Shown piece by piece: positions 38,415 through 48,185 of a DNA stretch of 64,000 nt. Source of the DNA: Candidatus Poribacteria bacterium (GTDB lineage: Bacteria > Poribacteria > WGA-4E > WGA-3G). The position numbers and the translations under genes are program-made. Location: NCBI GenBank assembly GCA_965215265.1, contig OZ244048.1, positions 4,032,001-4,096,000 on the forward strand, read 5' to 3'. The notes beneath the pieces are model-generated. The model saw only the letters and a list, made by a program, of their open reading frames with translations. It ran no database searches and had not been told where the DNA came from. The stretch's first letter is position 1. Every line of letters starts with the position of its first letter.

Positions 38415-39264
38415 CGTGGTGCTCCTCCATAGTCCGGTAAGGCAAGAGTCGATCGTAGGGATGTGCATGCGTGTTTCTCTGAAAAAAAGCCAACAGATCG
38501 GCAAAGAGTGTTTTCTCAGAGATTCCGATTTTTGCTAATGTCGTTCTCAAACTTTCTTTGCAGCCACTAGGGATTACGAATTCTCCTGCAAACATCCCTG
38601 CATCTACTTCAAGCCCGCCAAATAGAAATACTGATTGCTGCATCATCATACGTTGGATGTCTACTGTCCGACTATCTAAAGTGGGTTTCCAGAGATACCA
38701 CTGTTTTTCATCGGACTGTTCTTTATCGATAGAAAAAAAATCATCTAGCTCCTGTTGAAGTCTGTTTTTCGTAGTTATTTCTTCAATTTTTTTACTATCC
38801 TTCTCTAACATAATAATCTTGCCGTCTGTATTCTTACTACCATCACAAGCAAACCAAAGGGCAACAAGGGGACTGAATGTAAAATCGATCAATGCTGTCG
38901 CAACTCCGTTGTGCTGCAAATGTGCCATACACTCTAACTGCGACAGGTCTCTGTAGGTAGAGGGGTACCGTAGTTGAATCTCGTCAACAATCTGTTTCAA
39001 GTAGCCGACAAACAAGTCAACTAACGCACCTAGTTCCGCCTCGGTTTGCCCTTCTGATAACGAACTGTGTTCAGAGTCGGTTTGCGTTTCCAATAAACCG
39101 GAGGCAGTACCGGTTTGCCTTACCAAGCGGCGATAAGCACTACTGGTCACTTGCCACGCTTCATCTTCCTGACCGCGATAGAGATAGCTTTTTTCCGGAT
39201 TGGTGATTTCATCTATTCGGTGGATGTAGTCCGTCAAGTTAGATATTTTAATCGGTGAATTCAT
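38404..39264 (-). CDS. FRG domain protein
   Basis: YRGQ, LQHNGVATALIDFT.SPLVALWFA, R..QQSVF and GISEKTLF.DL motifs. Confidence 0.88.
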   Translation of the reverse strand: MNSPIKISNLTDYIHRIDEITNPEKSYLYRGQEDEAWQVTSSAYRRLVRQTGTASGLLETQTDSEHSSLSEGQTEAELGALVDLFVGYLKQIVDEIQLRYPSTYRDLSQLECMAHLQHNGVATALIDFTFSPLVALWFACDGSKNTDGKIIMLEKDSKKIEEITTKNRLQQELDDFFSIDKEQSDEKQWYLWKPTLDSRTVDIQRMMMQQSVFLFGGLEVDAGMFAGEFVIPSGCKESLRTTLAKIGISEKTLFADLLAFFQRNTHAHPYDRLLPYRTMEEHHDEK

Positions 39265-39310
39265 GCAGTGCTGCTTCTGTTGCTATACTTCTCCAACCAA
39301 TCATTGTTAA

Positions 39311-39339
39311 ATTATATAACTTACCAGTAAATTTGTCAA
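39311..39339 (-). promoter_or_regulatory. Consensus sigma70 promoter for the FRG-TPR pair
   Basis: TTGACA (39339-39334), 17 bp, TATAAT (39316-39311). Confidence 0.75.
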
Positions 39340-39430
39340 TTTTTTTGTATATTTCAGCCCCATCAACGCTTAGGTATTGACAGCTCGTGTGAAAATCTCG
39401 TCTGAGCCGTTCGATGTTTCGTCTCTAAAT
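39340..39430. repeat. Family 1 half element (copy G)
   Basis: GTATAT 39347; AAATCTCGTCTGAG 39393 (offset 46); CCGTTCGATGTTT as in copy D; ends near the centre. Confidence 0.8.
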
Positions 39431-39541
39431 TAACTCATCAAGATCAGCACAGGCAGCTGTTTCCCTATTAAGGGACTCAACACTTCCAGCCGCATGTTGA
39501 TAGCAAACAAAAATTTGCCTACCCATAAACGGTTTATACAC

Positions 39542-42500
39542 TCAATCTTGGCTCCCCTCCACAATCGCAACCTCTTCGGGACTTAAGTTGTATAATGAAT
39601 AGACGAGACAATCAATCTCCTTTTCAAAATCTGATACGTCAGCGTCAGGATCTATGTATTTGGCCGAGAGGATTTGATTTGCCAATTCAATAATCGGTAA
39701 TTGCTGTTGAGTAGACACTTTTGGGATGGGTAATTCTTTTGCATCGTTGGGGTAACAATGTAAACCCTCGCTTAAGAAGCTGCGGAAATACCAATTTGTG
39801 ACTCCAGAATTTAAAACCCCCAAGAGAAATTTGTAATCATACTGCTTAGTGAATTTGTTATTAGAGTATTGTGTTGCACGGCGTGCCGAGATATGAGCAG
39901 CACCGGAGAGTAAATCTAGTCGAACACAGTTTACAACCGTGTTGCAGTTGTAGAACCCTTCAGCATCATAAGCAAATCGTAACTGATCTTTTACAACATT
40001 GATAAATATCAACTTCTCGTTTTCAAAAAGTTCTGGAAACATAGGATTGTAGTGCTCATTTGGTGAATAATTTAACCAGCCTGCTTGAGAAAACGTGTAA
40101 CGCCCAATGTTTTTCCCTTCACAAAATGGCTTACTACCTGAAATAGGGTTCTCACTGATGTAGTGCTTCTTTCTTTTTCTCGCTGAGGCGGAATTAAGTC
40201 TGGCACCGTAAGCGACAAGACAAATCTGATCTAAACGCGCAGCGCTCTGCCATATTTTGTTTTTGACTTTGAGACTATTAAAGATTTGTGGATTCGTTTC
40301 AAGACGGGAATCTTTTAATTCTGCGAAGACGTGTTGATCTATGAAAAATCCCTTCCCGCCACGTGTATCAAAATCCGCGTTGCTAGTATGTAATCGGACT
40401 CTCGTTTTGATCGTGCTTTTTTCCTTACCAACCAGCAAAATGATATTATAGACGACTGCATTCTCGAAAATCCGATAACTACTAGCATCTACAACTTCGC
40501 GAATGGCATAATTTTTTATGAGAAGTTGGCGCATTTTCTCTCCATATTTTTGTTTCGCAAACGCTGAAGGTAGAATGAAACACATTATTCCCTTCGTCTG
40601 TAGAATGGAAAGGGATTTTTCGAGGAAAGCGATGTAAATATCTGTTCTCATTTTACAGGCTTGATAGTTTTGGAATAGATACTTCCTCATCGGAATAGGA
40701 AGATTCGTAATCTGAATATAGGGTGGATTCCCAATAACCACATCAAACCCCTTAGTAATACCGAACATCCATCCTGCATCAAACCAATCTGCTTTCGTGT
40801 TCTGGTCGTAGGGATTCCAGTGCGCGAGGTTCTCTGCATCTTCGTCCGGCAACCCTACCTGCTTTAGTTCTGCTGCCAATGCTTTGCGCAACGTTTTGTC
40901 TTTGGCAATGCACGCCAGTTTTTTCTGCCGGGTGGTGGCATGGAAGTGACGCTCACGATTCTCGCGCAGCTGCCGCTCTAACTCTCGTGCAGCGTTGCTC
41001 GTTAACCCCCGTTCCCCGTTTAGCCCGATTAGCGTATTGGCTGCCAGAAAACGCGTCTCAAGGTTTGGCAGCGGTTTGATACCGAAATTTTCCACGGCCT
41101 CATCCGGCACCTGCTCTATCGCGAGTGAAATGAAAAAACGGAGCTTGGCAATCTGGCAAGCCATCGGTTGGATATCTACACCGAAGAGACTATTTTGAAT
41201 CAGATACAACTTCCTGCCGAAGTCTGAATCCCGGTAACGTTTGAACGTCTCGTCTATTTCTAACAGGGCATCGCGGCGGGTTTGGTCGTCTTTCGTTTCG
41301 AACGCGCTTTCTGCCCTTTCTATCGCGTGTTCCTTCTGCAGACGTTCCCAGTGGCTGTTGTCCGGATCCAGTCTCCGCAGGGCGAGGGTGAGTTTATGCA
41401 GTATCCCCATCGGAAACGCACCAGAACCCACCGCCGGATCAAGGATTTTGAGCCGGGAAATTGCACGAACAAGGCAAGATGTTTCCTTGTCATCAAACTG
41501 TTCGTGAGCACCCTGAAACGCTTGGGCGTAATCAAACAGATGCCGCAACCGTTCTTCCCAGGGCTTTGCATCACCATCGCTGGGTTCGCATTTTTGCGAT
41601 AAAACACTCACTAACGTTTCGTCTACCATGTAGTCCACGATGGCACGTGGCGTATAGTAGGACCCGGTCTGTTTACGCGCTGTTGCCCCGGTTTCCGGGT
41701 TGCAGGCGGCGAGAAGGTTTTCAAACACCTTGCCGAGCAGTTCTGGATCGAGTGCGACTTCTTGTTCAATGGGTGTGTTTTCCTCGACGGTAAACTTATA
41801 GTGAGCGAAGAGAGGAAAGAGGCCGCGTGTTTTGTGAAAGAAGAGTTTTGCGGGGACGTGTAGTTTTTGTCGAACCGTTTTGTTATCAGAGAAACAGTCT
41901 ATTCGGACACCGCCGTCGCCGGTTGCCTCAAAGGTATCGAGGCAGTCAAATAGGCCGCCGTTGACAAATGGGACGTGCTTTAGGTTTTGAAGGAAGGTGT
42001 CGGGTTGTTGGAGCAGGTCAGCGTATCGGTATTTACTTGAATCGCGATGGGTTGGGTTCGCGCGTGTGCTAAAGGCACGTGCATTTATGGGTGTGTTGAG
42101 AGTAGCAAAGAATAGGTTTTGGAGGATGGCTTGGTAGTAATCGGATGTGTCGGGCTCAAAGTTTTTGAGGTGTGCGTGCAGGCTGCTTTCTATCGTGGAG
42201 GTAGGAATAAGACTTAACGTCTGTAAAGGGGGGGGCTTCAGACAGTTCGTTGTTTTGCAGGCTTACCTGCCCACTCTCCTCGGAATCTTTAAACAACCAC
42301 TCGGGGACCAACCCCTTTTCTTTCAAGAACCATATAAAGAGCAGCCGCGTGATGAGGCGGATGATGTGTTCCTCGGGACTTAACGTCTTCAGTTCGTCTG
42401 TCGGGAACTTGGCTTCCCTCACTGCCCACTCAAACCAGCTGAACAACCTTCCGTAGAACTGCTTATTGAGGGCTTCGGTGTTGAGTTTCGCAAGCCAGGC

Positions 42501-43127
42501 GGATAGCAGTCCGTCGAAGTTTTTCTGTCTGTTATTTGCGTCCATCCAGTTCAGACATTCTGTTAGTGAAAGTTCAGAGAGGATATCCAGATGCGCGCGG
42601 TGCGGCTCCTCCAGACGAATGTCCTTGATGAGTGTCACTTGCTGGAGCACATCGCGTTCTGGGTTGTGCTCGTGTGGACGGCGTCCCACGAAACCGATGG
42701 TTAGGCGGTTTGCCACGCGAAATAACACCACCGTTGGTGCAATAAGCCGCTTATTGATTTCTCGCGTAAATTCGGCGTAGGCGCTGCGGGAGTAGGTTTT
42801 CTCTTTTAGTTCGACAGCGAAGAAAAAGAAGCTTTCGATGCGGTTTTCTTCCAAGAATTCGAACGGCTGTTGCGTTTGGGCATCTATTTCAGCGTCTGTG
42901 ATCTGAAAGATGAAGTGTACGGATTCTGCGTTGTTTCGGAGTGCTTGTTCCGTTTGGGTGTTTGGGTTGAATGCGGGGAACGTCTCAATAAAGTCGGTGC
43001 CTGTTCCGGAAAAGTCCTCCGTCAATTCGCTTCGGTAGCCTAAGGTAGCCAAGAGGTCTTTCGCAGTTTGTAAAAAGGTGCCGGTGGATATTGCTGCGAG
43101 AGCGTTTTTGATATGTGCTTTGTTCAT
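39542..43127 (-). pseudogene. Eco57I/type IIG-like adenine DNA methyltransferase with TRD; one frameshift near a C8 tract (42228-42235)
   Basis: RLITRLLFIWFLKEK in one frame; YYQAILQNLFFATLN, PFVNGGLF, DPELLGKVFENLLA, TGSYYTP, LDPAVGSGAF and GNPPY continuous in the +1 frame. Confidence 0.85.
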
Positions 43128-43224
43128 GCGTTTGTTCCTGCAGTCAGATGCTCTGTGCTTTGTGATTCTGTTGCACATCACGGTGTACTGAAGCCGTAGA
43201 GGCTTATCCGTTCTCGGCTAATTA

Positions 43225-43692
43225 TTACTTTTCGGGTCTTCGCCAAGGGCTGCAGTGTGAGGCAAAACGTTTTAGTGCGCCACTTTTAACGATAATTGCC
43301 TCAGGGCGTAGGATAGTTGCATACGATGTCAGTAGAGCGATAGTATCAAGCAGAGAGTTATAGCCTGACAAGCCGGAGATGTCAATGTAGATTTTACTGA
43401 ACGGCTCGGCAAGTTCAAGGGCTGCTCTCACATCAAACCCGTCAAGCACTTCAAAATGAAGTTCAGGGTATATTTCCCGTGCCCGTTCGATGCATTTTTG
43501 ACTGATGTCAGTGGCGATGATTTTCTTGCAATGCGGTGCGATTAACGTTGTGGTTGTCCCCCATTCGCATCCGATTTCCAAGACAACGTCATCCGAATTG
43601 ACCCACGTTGGGATTGTATCTCGATATTCCTTAACGCCGCGCGTTGCAATGAACTCGGTTTGACTTTCAAATAATTGATTTTTACCTGCCAT
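43225..43692 (-). CDS. Small class I SAM-dependent methyltransferase
   Basis: VLEIGCEWGTT (motif I) and IIATDIS. Confidence 0.8.
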   Translation of the reverse strand: MAGKNQLFESQTEFIATRGVKEYRDTIPTWVNSDDVVLEIGCEWGTTTTLIAPHCKKIIATDISQKCIERAREIYPELHFEVLDGFDVRAALELAEPFSKIYIDISGLSGYNSLLDTIALLTSYATILRPEAIIVKSGALKRFASHCSPWRRPEK

Positions 43693-43747
43693 TGGCAGCC
43701 TTTCTGTTACACGGTTTTCGGCAAAAAAGTTAAATAATAACTTATTT

Positions 43748-46700
43748 TTAGGACTCTGGGGTTGTGATAATCAGCCACGTTACCAACTCAAAATCGTTGG
43801 TATCTTTGGGTTTTTTAGATGTGGGGAGCAGTTTAAAGCCGCGTGTGCCGTGAATCCCCATATTTTTGAATTGGGTAGTTGTATGTGCCTTGGTGATATG
43901 AGTGATGACGGTTTCTAACAGATTGTTATAATCTGCCATATTCTCTCCGTTTTGAGTCTCTTTGTCAAATTGGAGACACAACTTTTGCAATGGTTCTCTC
44001 TTTCCGACAGCCGATGCTTCAAACAGGTCTAAGACCTGTTTAGCGTTCGCGCAGCCGTAGCGGATATCACCGTTTTCGCGGATGTAGACTGTGTAGTACG
44101 GATAGATAGGACTCGGTGTCTTTTTCTCTTTATCGGTTGTGACGTTAAGTTGCCGGAGGAGGAAGATGACTCCTGTTTCTGCAAGGTTGTTTCCGTTGTC
44201 TGTGAGTGCGTACGCCCCTTTCGGTATAGATTCTAATTCGGCCCTATTTTTTTCGAGATACTTCAGTAATTGGGTGAAAAAATAATCGAGCGTAAAATCA
44301 CTGAGAACGATGCCGTCGGAGAAATCGTCTAGGTCGAGTACATCTTCGCGCAGTTGCTTCAATTGCTGGTCCCGGAAGTTCAGTTCCATCTGTGCGTGTT
44401 CATACGTGAATTCATTGAACGGATCATCATCGCCGCTTGCTGCTGCGTCTGCTAGGGCCATGCGAGACTCTACGCGAGTTTGTAAGCGTAAATAGATCTC
44501 CATATCTTCCGTGGGCCAATAGTTAATCATGCGTACAGTCTTGTTTCTGCTTCCGATGCGATGGATGCGCCCGAAACGTTGGATGATACGCACCGGGTTC
44601 CAGTGGATGTCGTAGTTGAGCACGGTGTCACAATCCTGCAGATTTTGTCCTTCTGAAATGCAATCTGTGGCAATGAGCAGTTCTATGTCGCCGCTTGTCC
44701 CATCAGTGCGTTCTCGCGCTCGTGGGGCGAAGTTCGTTAAGACGGCGTTGAAGTTGTTTGGTCCGCAGGTAGTCCGCGTCGTATCCCCGGAAACCATGGC
44801 GATGTTCAGTTCTAGTTCTGTCGCGAGAGGTACTAATTCTTCATAAAGGTAAATTGCTGTATCCTTGAAGGTCGTGAAGATTAATAACTTTCGGTTGGGT
44901 TTTCCGTCCTTGTTGAGGGTTGGATTTTGTGCCTTGTCCCGAATATGTTTCTTGATTGCTTCGAGTTTACCGTCTCGTTCTGGGGTAATGGTTTTGACTC
45001 TGTTCCATGCAGCGGTTAAGGTTAGCTTATCCTTGATGAGCTCTTTACTCCAGCGTTTGTAATCCAATTCGCGTAGGTGGTACGGCTGGCGTGCGCGATT
45101 CACGAGGAATTCCTCATCATCTTCGTCGTCATCCGGCAGGATATCAACCAGAGCGTCGGAAATAGTTTGAGTCTGTCTGTAGTGCTCTATTTTTTCCAAC
45201 ATATCATCAATTTTTCGGACTGTCCGTTCAAGCGTTTGTGTAAGCGAATGTGCGGAACTTTCCAACCGTTTGAGAAAGTTGGTCTGCATCATGCCGATGA
45301 GAAACCGTTCCCGGTCTTCCTGATTAAAATGAAATTTCTTTTTCTCTTCTGCCAATCGCTCTTTCGCCGTTTCGCTGATGACGTAGCTGGAAGGTCTATA
45401 GATGGAGAGCGCGAATTCGGAGATCTGATCTGCTAAGTTTTTATAAGAGAGGTTCCCTGTCAAGTCAGTCGGTGGGTGGCAATTTTCCGGTTTCTGTGGG
45501 GTGGGGAATTCACCGATTCGACTCATTTCTTCTGCGTAGAAATTCTTAATATGCCTGCGAGATCTGGCGATCGAGAGCCCGCCGAGCAGTTGGAAGAAAT
45601 CCGGACCGAGTGCCTCCAGCAATTTTACTTTGTCTTTTTTGCCGTTTTTACTTCCGTCTTCTTCCCATTTTTTGAATTCCTTTTGGGCCTGTCGCAGCAT
45701 TGAGCCAATATTGCTGATGCCCAAACTTTCCCGGAAGACATCCTCGCGCTTTTCAGTCATGAGGTAGATTTGGTTGCGAAGGTCAATCAGTGATGTGTTC
45801 ACAGGGGTTGCGGACAGCATCAGCACCTTCGTTTGTGTGCCTTCTTTGATAACCTCCTCCAAAAGTCGTGTGTAGCGACTGTGTCGGATAAAATTCCCTG
45901 CTTTATCACGTGTAGGTTTCGTGTCGTTTCGGAAGTTGTGAGATTCGTCGATCACGACTAGATCAAAGTTGCCCCAATTGAGATTTTCTAGGTTGATGTT
46001 GCCGGATTCGCCGGTGTAGCGAGAGAGGTCGGTATGCGATAGCAGCGTGTAACCGAACTTATCATCGAGGAAAGGATTGGTCTCTTGGGAGTTGTATGCG
46101 GGATAGCGTGCCCAGTTTTCGTTCAGTTTTTTAGGACATAAGACCAGGGCACGCTCGTTTCTCAATTCAAAGAACTTGATAACCGCTAGTGCGGTGTATG
46201 TTTTGCCAAGTCCGACGCTGTCTGCGAGGATGCAGCCGTTGTGTCTTAAGAGGCGGGCGATGACGCTTTTTACGCCCTCTTTCTGGAAGTCATATAACGT
46301 CTGCCAAATTTCGGTATCATATAAATGGGTGTCTTCCAATTGCCGGGCGTTGTTTTTTCTTGATTCTATTTCGTCGCGGAACAGTTCATAGAGCGTCTTA
46401 AAATAGATGAGCTCTGGCGCGTAGTCTGTCCCGAGCCGGGCCAGTTCTGCAAGTACCTCTGCTTTAACGTCTCTGACTGATTTTTGGTCATTCCAGATTT
46501 CATCAAACCAAGCTTTTAGATCGCGGCAATCATTGGCACCGTCTACGACGAGATTAAGTTCAATGTTATTGCCATGGGGGCTCAGTCCGAGGCCATGCAT
46601 GGTAAAATTGGAACTGCCGATAGTGGCTTTCTGCCCACTGTTCGTGTTGATGTGATACATTTTCCCGTGGAGTAGATTTGATTCGCGTGTAGAACGGATT

Positions 46701-47041
46701 TCAACCTTCTGTTTTATCCATTCGGCACATGCTTTCGCGATAGGCTTCTGTTGTAGCTGCTGGTTAAGTTCTAATCCTTCGTCCACAATTTTGAAGGCTT
46801 TTTTGTCTGTCGCGTTCGGGTCGAGGCTTCTGATAAAGTCGGGTTCTCCAAACAAAAACTGGAGTTTTTGGATACCGTTGAGAGTTTCTTTTAGCGCGTC
46901 AAAGGCGTAAATTGTAAAGTACGCCGAAATAATAGAGAGCGAGGAACCTGTCTCTATTTCCTGAGTCAGAAAGTTTGCAACGGTTCCACGTGCATGGTTA
47001 TCCCGGATCCGAGACTTAAAAGAGGACATGTGATTTGACAT
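43748..47041 (-). CDS. PLD-nuclease domain fused to an SNF2-like helicase
   Basis: LHGKMY...GSSNFT..GL...N.ELN (PLD); ADSVGLGKT, DESH, SATP and QRFGRIHRIG. Confidence 0.9.
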   Translation of the reverse strand: MSNHMSSFKSRIRDNHARGTVANFLTQEIETGSSLSIISAYFTIYAFDALKETLNGIQKLQFLFGEPDFIRSLDPNATDKKAFKIVDEGLELNQQLQQKPIAKACAEWIKQKVEIRSTRESNLLHGKMYHINTNSGQKATIGSSNFTMHGLGLSPHGNNIELNLVVDGANDCRDLKAWFDEIWNDQKSVRDVKAEVLAELARLGTDYAPELIYFKTLYELFRDEIESRKNNARQLEDTHLYDTEIWQTLYDFQKEGVKSVIARLLRHNGCILADSVGLGKTYTALAVIKFFELRNERALVLCPKKLNENWARYPAYNSQETNPFLDDKFGYTLLSHTDLSRYTGESGNINLENLNWGNFDLVVIDESHNFRNDTKPTRDKAGNFIRHSRYTRLLEEVIKEGTQTKVLMLSATPVNTSLIDLRNQIYLMTEKREDVFRESLGISNIGSMLRQAQKEFKKWEEDGSKNGKKDKVKLLEALGPDFFQLLGGLSIARSRRHIKNFYAEEMSRIGEFPTPQKPENCHPPTDLTGNLSYKNLADQISEFALSIYRPSSYVISETAKERLAEEKKKFHFNQEDRERFLIGMMQTNFLKRLESSAHSLTQTLERTVRKIDDMLEKIEHYRQTQTISDALVDILPDDDEDDEEFLVNRARQPYHLRELDYKRWSKELIKDKLTLTAAWNRVKTITPERDGKLEAIKKHIRDKAQNPTLNKDGKPNRKLLIFTTFKDTAIYLYEELVPLATELELNIAMVSGDTTRTTCGPNNFNAVLTNFAPRARERTDGTSGDIELLIATDCISEGQNLQDCDTVLNYDIHWNPVRIIQRFGRIHRIGSRNKTVRMINYWPTEDMEIYLRLQTRVESRMALADAAASGDDDPFNEFTYEHAQMELNFRDQQLKQLREDVLDLDDFSDGIVLSDFTLDYFFTQLLKYLEKNRAELESIPKGAYALTDNGNNLAETGVIFLLRQLNVTTDKEKKTPSPIYPYYTVYIRENGDIRYGCANAKQVLDLFEASAVGKREPLQKLCLQFDKETQNGENMADYNNLLETVITHITKAHTTTQFKNMGIHGTRGFKLLPTSKKPKDTNDFELVTWLIITTPES

Positions 47042-47121
47042 GATTGGCTTTGGAATGAAACGTTATAGGATTAAATTAGCAGAAGACCTATTGATATAAA
47101 CAGTTGCAGTGTGTGCGTTTA

Positions 47122-48168
47122 TTATGTCACGGTCCAGATTTCACCGGTATTCAATAGTGCTTCTAGGTTAGCTTCACCCATGCGTTCCTTAGCGAATTGA
47201 ATCTGATCTGTCATTAGTTCTTCGTAGCACGGCTGCTCTACACTGCGGAAAATCCCGACAGGATGTGGCATACCGGGCGTATCACTCATCCGTGCTAGGA
47301 AGTTGGCTAACGTTGTATTCTCGACGTACCGGTCGTGGACGATGAGCTCATCGGCTGTATAATTCCCGTTTGTGATTTCGACAACTTCCGGTTGGAATCC
47401 GTTCAAGCGAATCCCTTTATTGCTTTCGTCTCCAAAAACCAGGGGTTCTCCGTGTTCGAGAAATACGGTGTTTTCGGCCTTCGTGACTTTTTCAGTATAG
47501 AGGAAGAAAGTCTTGTCGTTGAATACATGGCAATTTTGATAAATTTCGATGAATGCAGTGCCTTTATGTTGATGCGCTTCTTTAATCACGGTGCGAAGAT
47601 GGTCGGGATCCCGGTCTAAAGAGCGTGCGACAAACGTGGCACCGGATGCCAAAGCGAGGCTAATCGGATTAAAAGGTGTCTCTAAGGAGCCGAGGGGTGT
47701 TGACTTCGTCTTTTTCCCTTGCTCTGATGTAGGTGAATATTGTCCTTTTGTCAGTCCGTAGATACGGTTGTTAAAGAGGAGTACGTTAATGTCGAAATTG
47801 CGTCGCATCAAGTGGATAAAATGATTGCCGCCGATAGAGAGTGCATCGCCATCGCCAGTGATAACCCATACAGATAGTTCTGGATTGGCAATTTTCACGC
47901 CGGATGCTATGGTGGGTGCCCTACCGTGAATGGTATGAAACCCGTAAGTGTTCATATAGTATGGGAACCGGCTGGAGCATCCAATTCCGGAGATAAAGAC
48001 GATATTTTCTCTGGGGATGCCCAATTCGGGCATAATGCGTTGTGTCTGTGCGAGTATTGAGTAATCCCCACAGCCGGGGCACCAGCGTACATCTTGGTCA
48101 GACTTAAAGTCCTTTTGGGTGAGGGTAGGAACTCCTTTCGGAATTATTTCTCTATTTCTATTTTTCAT
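47122..48168 (-). CDS. korB: 2-oxoacid:ferredoxin oxidoreductase beta subunit
   Basis: WCPGCGD, SGIGCSSR, GDGD and YGLTKGQYSPT motifs. Confidence 0.93.
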   Translation of the reverse strand: MKNRNREIIPKGVPTLTQKDFKSDQDVRWCPGCGDYSILAQTQRIMPELGIPRENIVFISGIGCSSRFPYYMNTYGFHTIHGRAPTIASGVKIANPELSVWVITGDGDALSIGGNHFIHLMRRNFDINVLLFNNRIYGLTKGQYSPTSEQGKKTKSTPLGSLETPFNPISLALASGATFVARSLDRDPDHLRTVIKEAHQHKGTAFIEIYQNCHVFNDKTFFLYTEKVTKAENTVFLEHGEPLVFGDESNKGIRLNGFQPEVVEITNGNYTADELIVHDRYVENTTLANFLARMSDTPGMPHPVGIFRSVEQPCYEELMTDQIQFAKERMGEANLEALLNTGEIWTVT

Positions 48169-48185
48169 CTCCGTCTCCGTGACAA

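Noticed and set aside
39542-43181. Two separate genes as given in the ORF track
   Set aside because: The intervening 41729-42260 region is open and motif-bearing in the downstream frame, so this is one frameshifted gene
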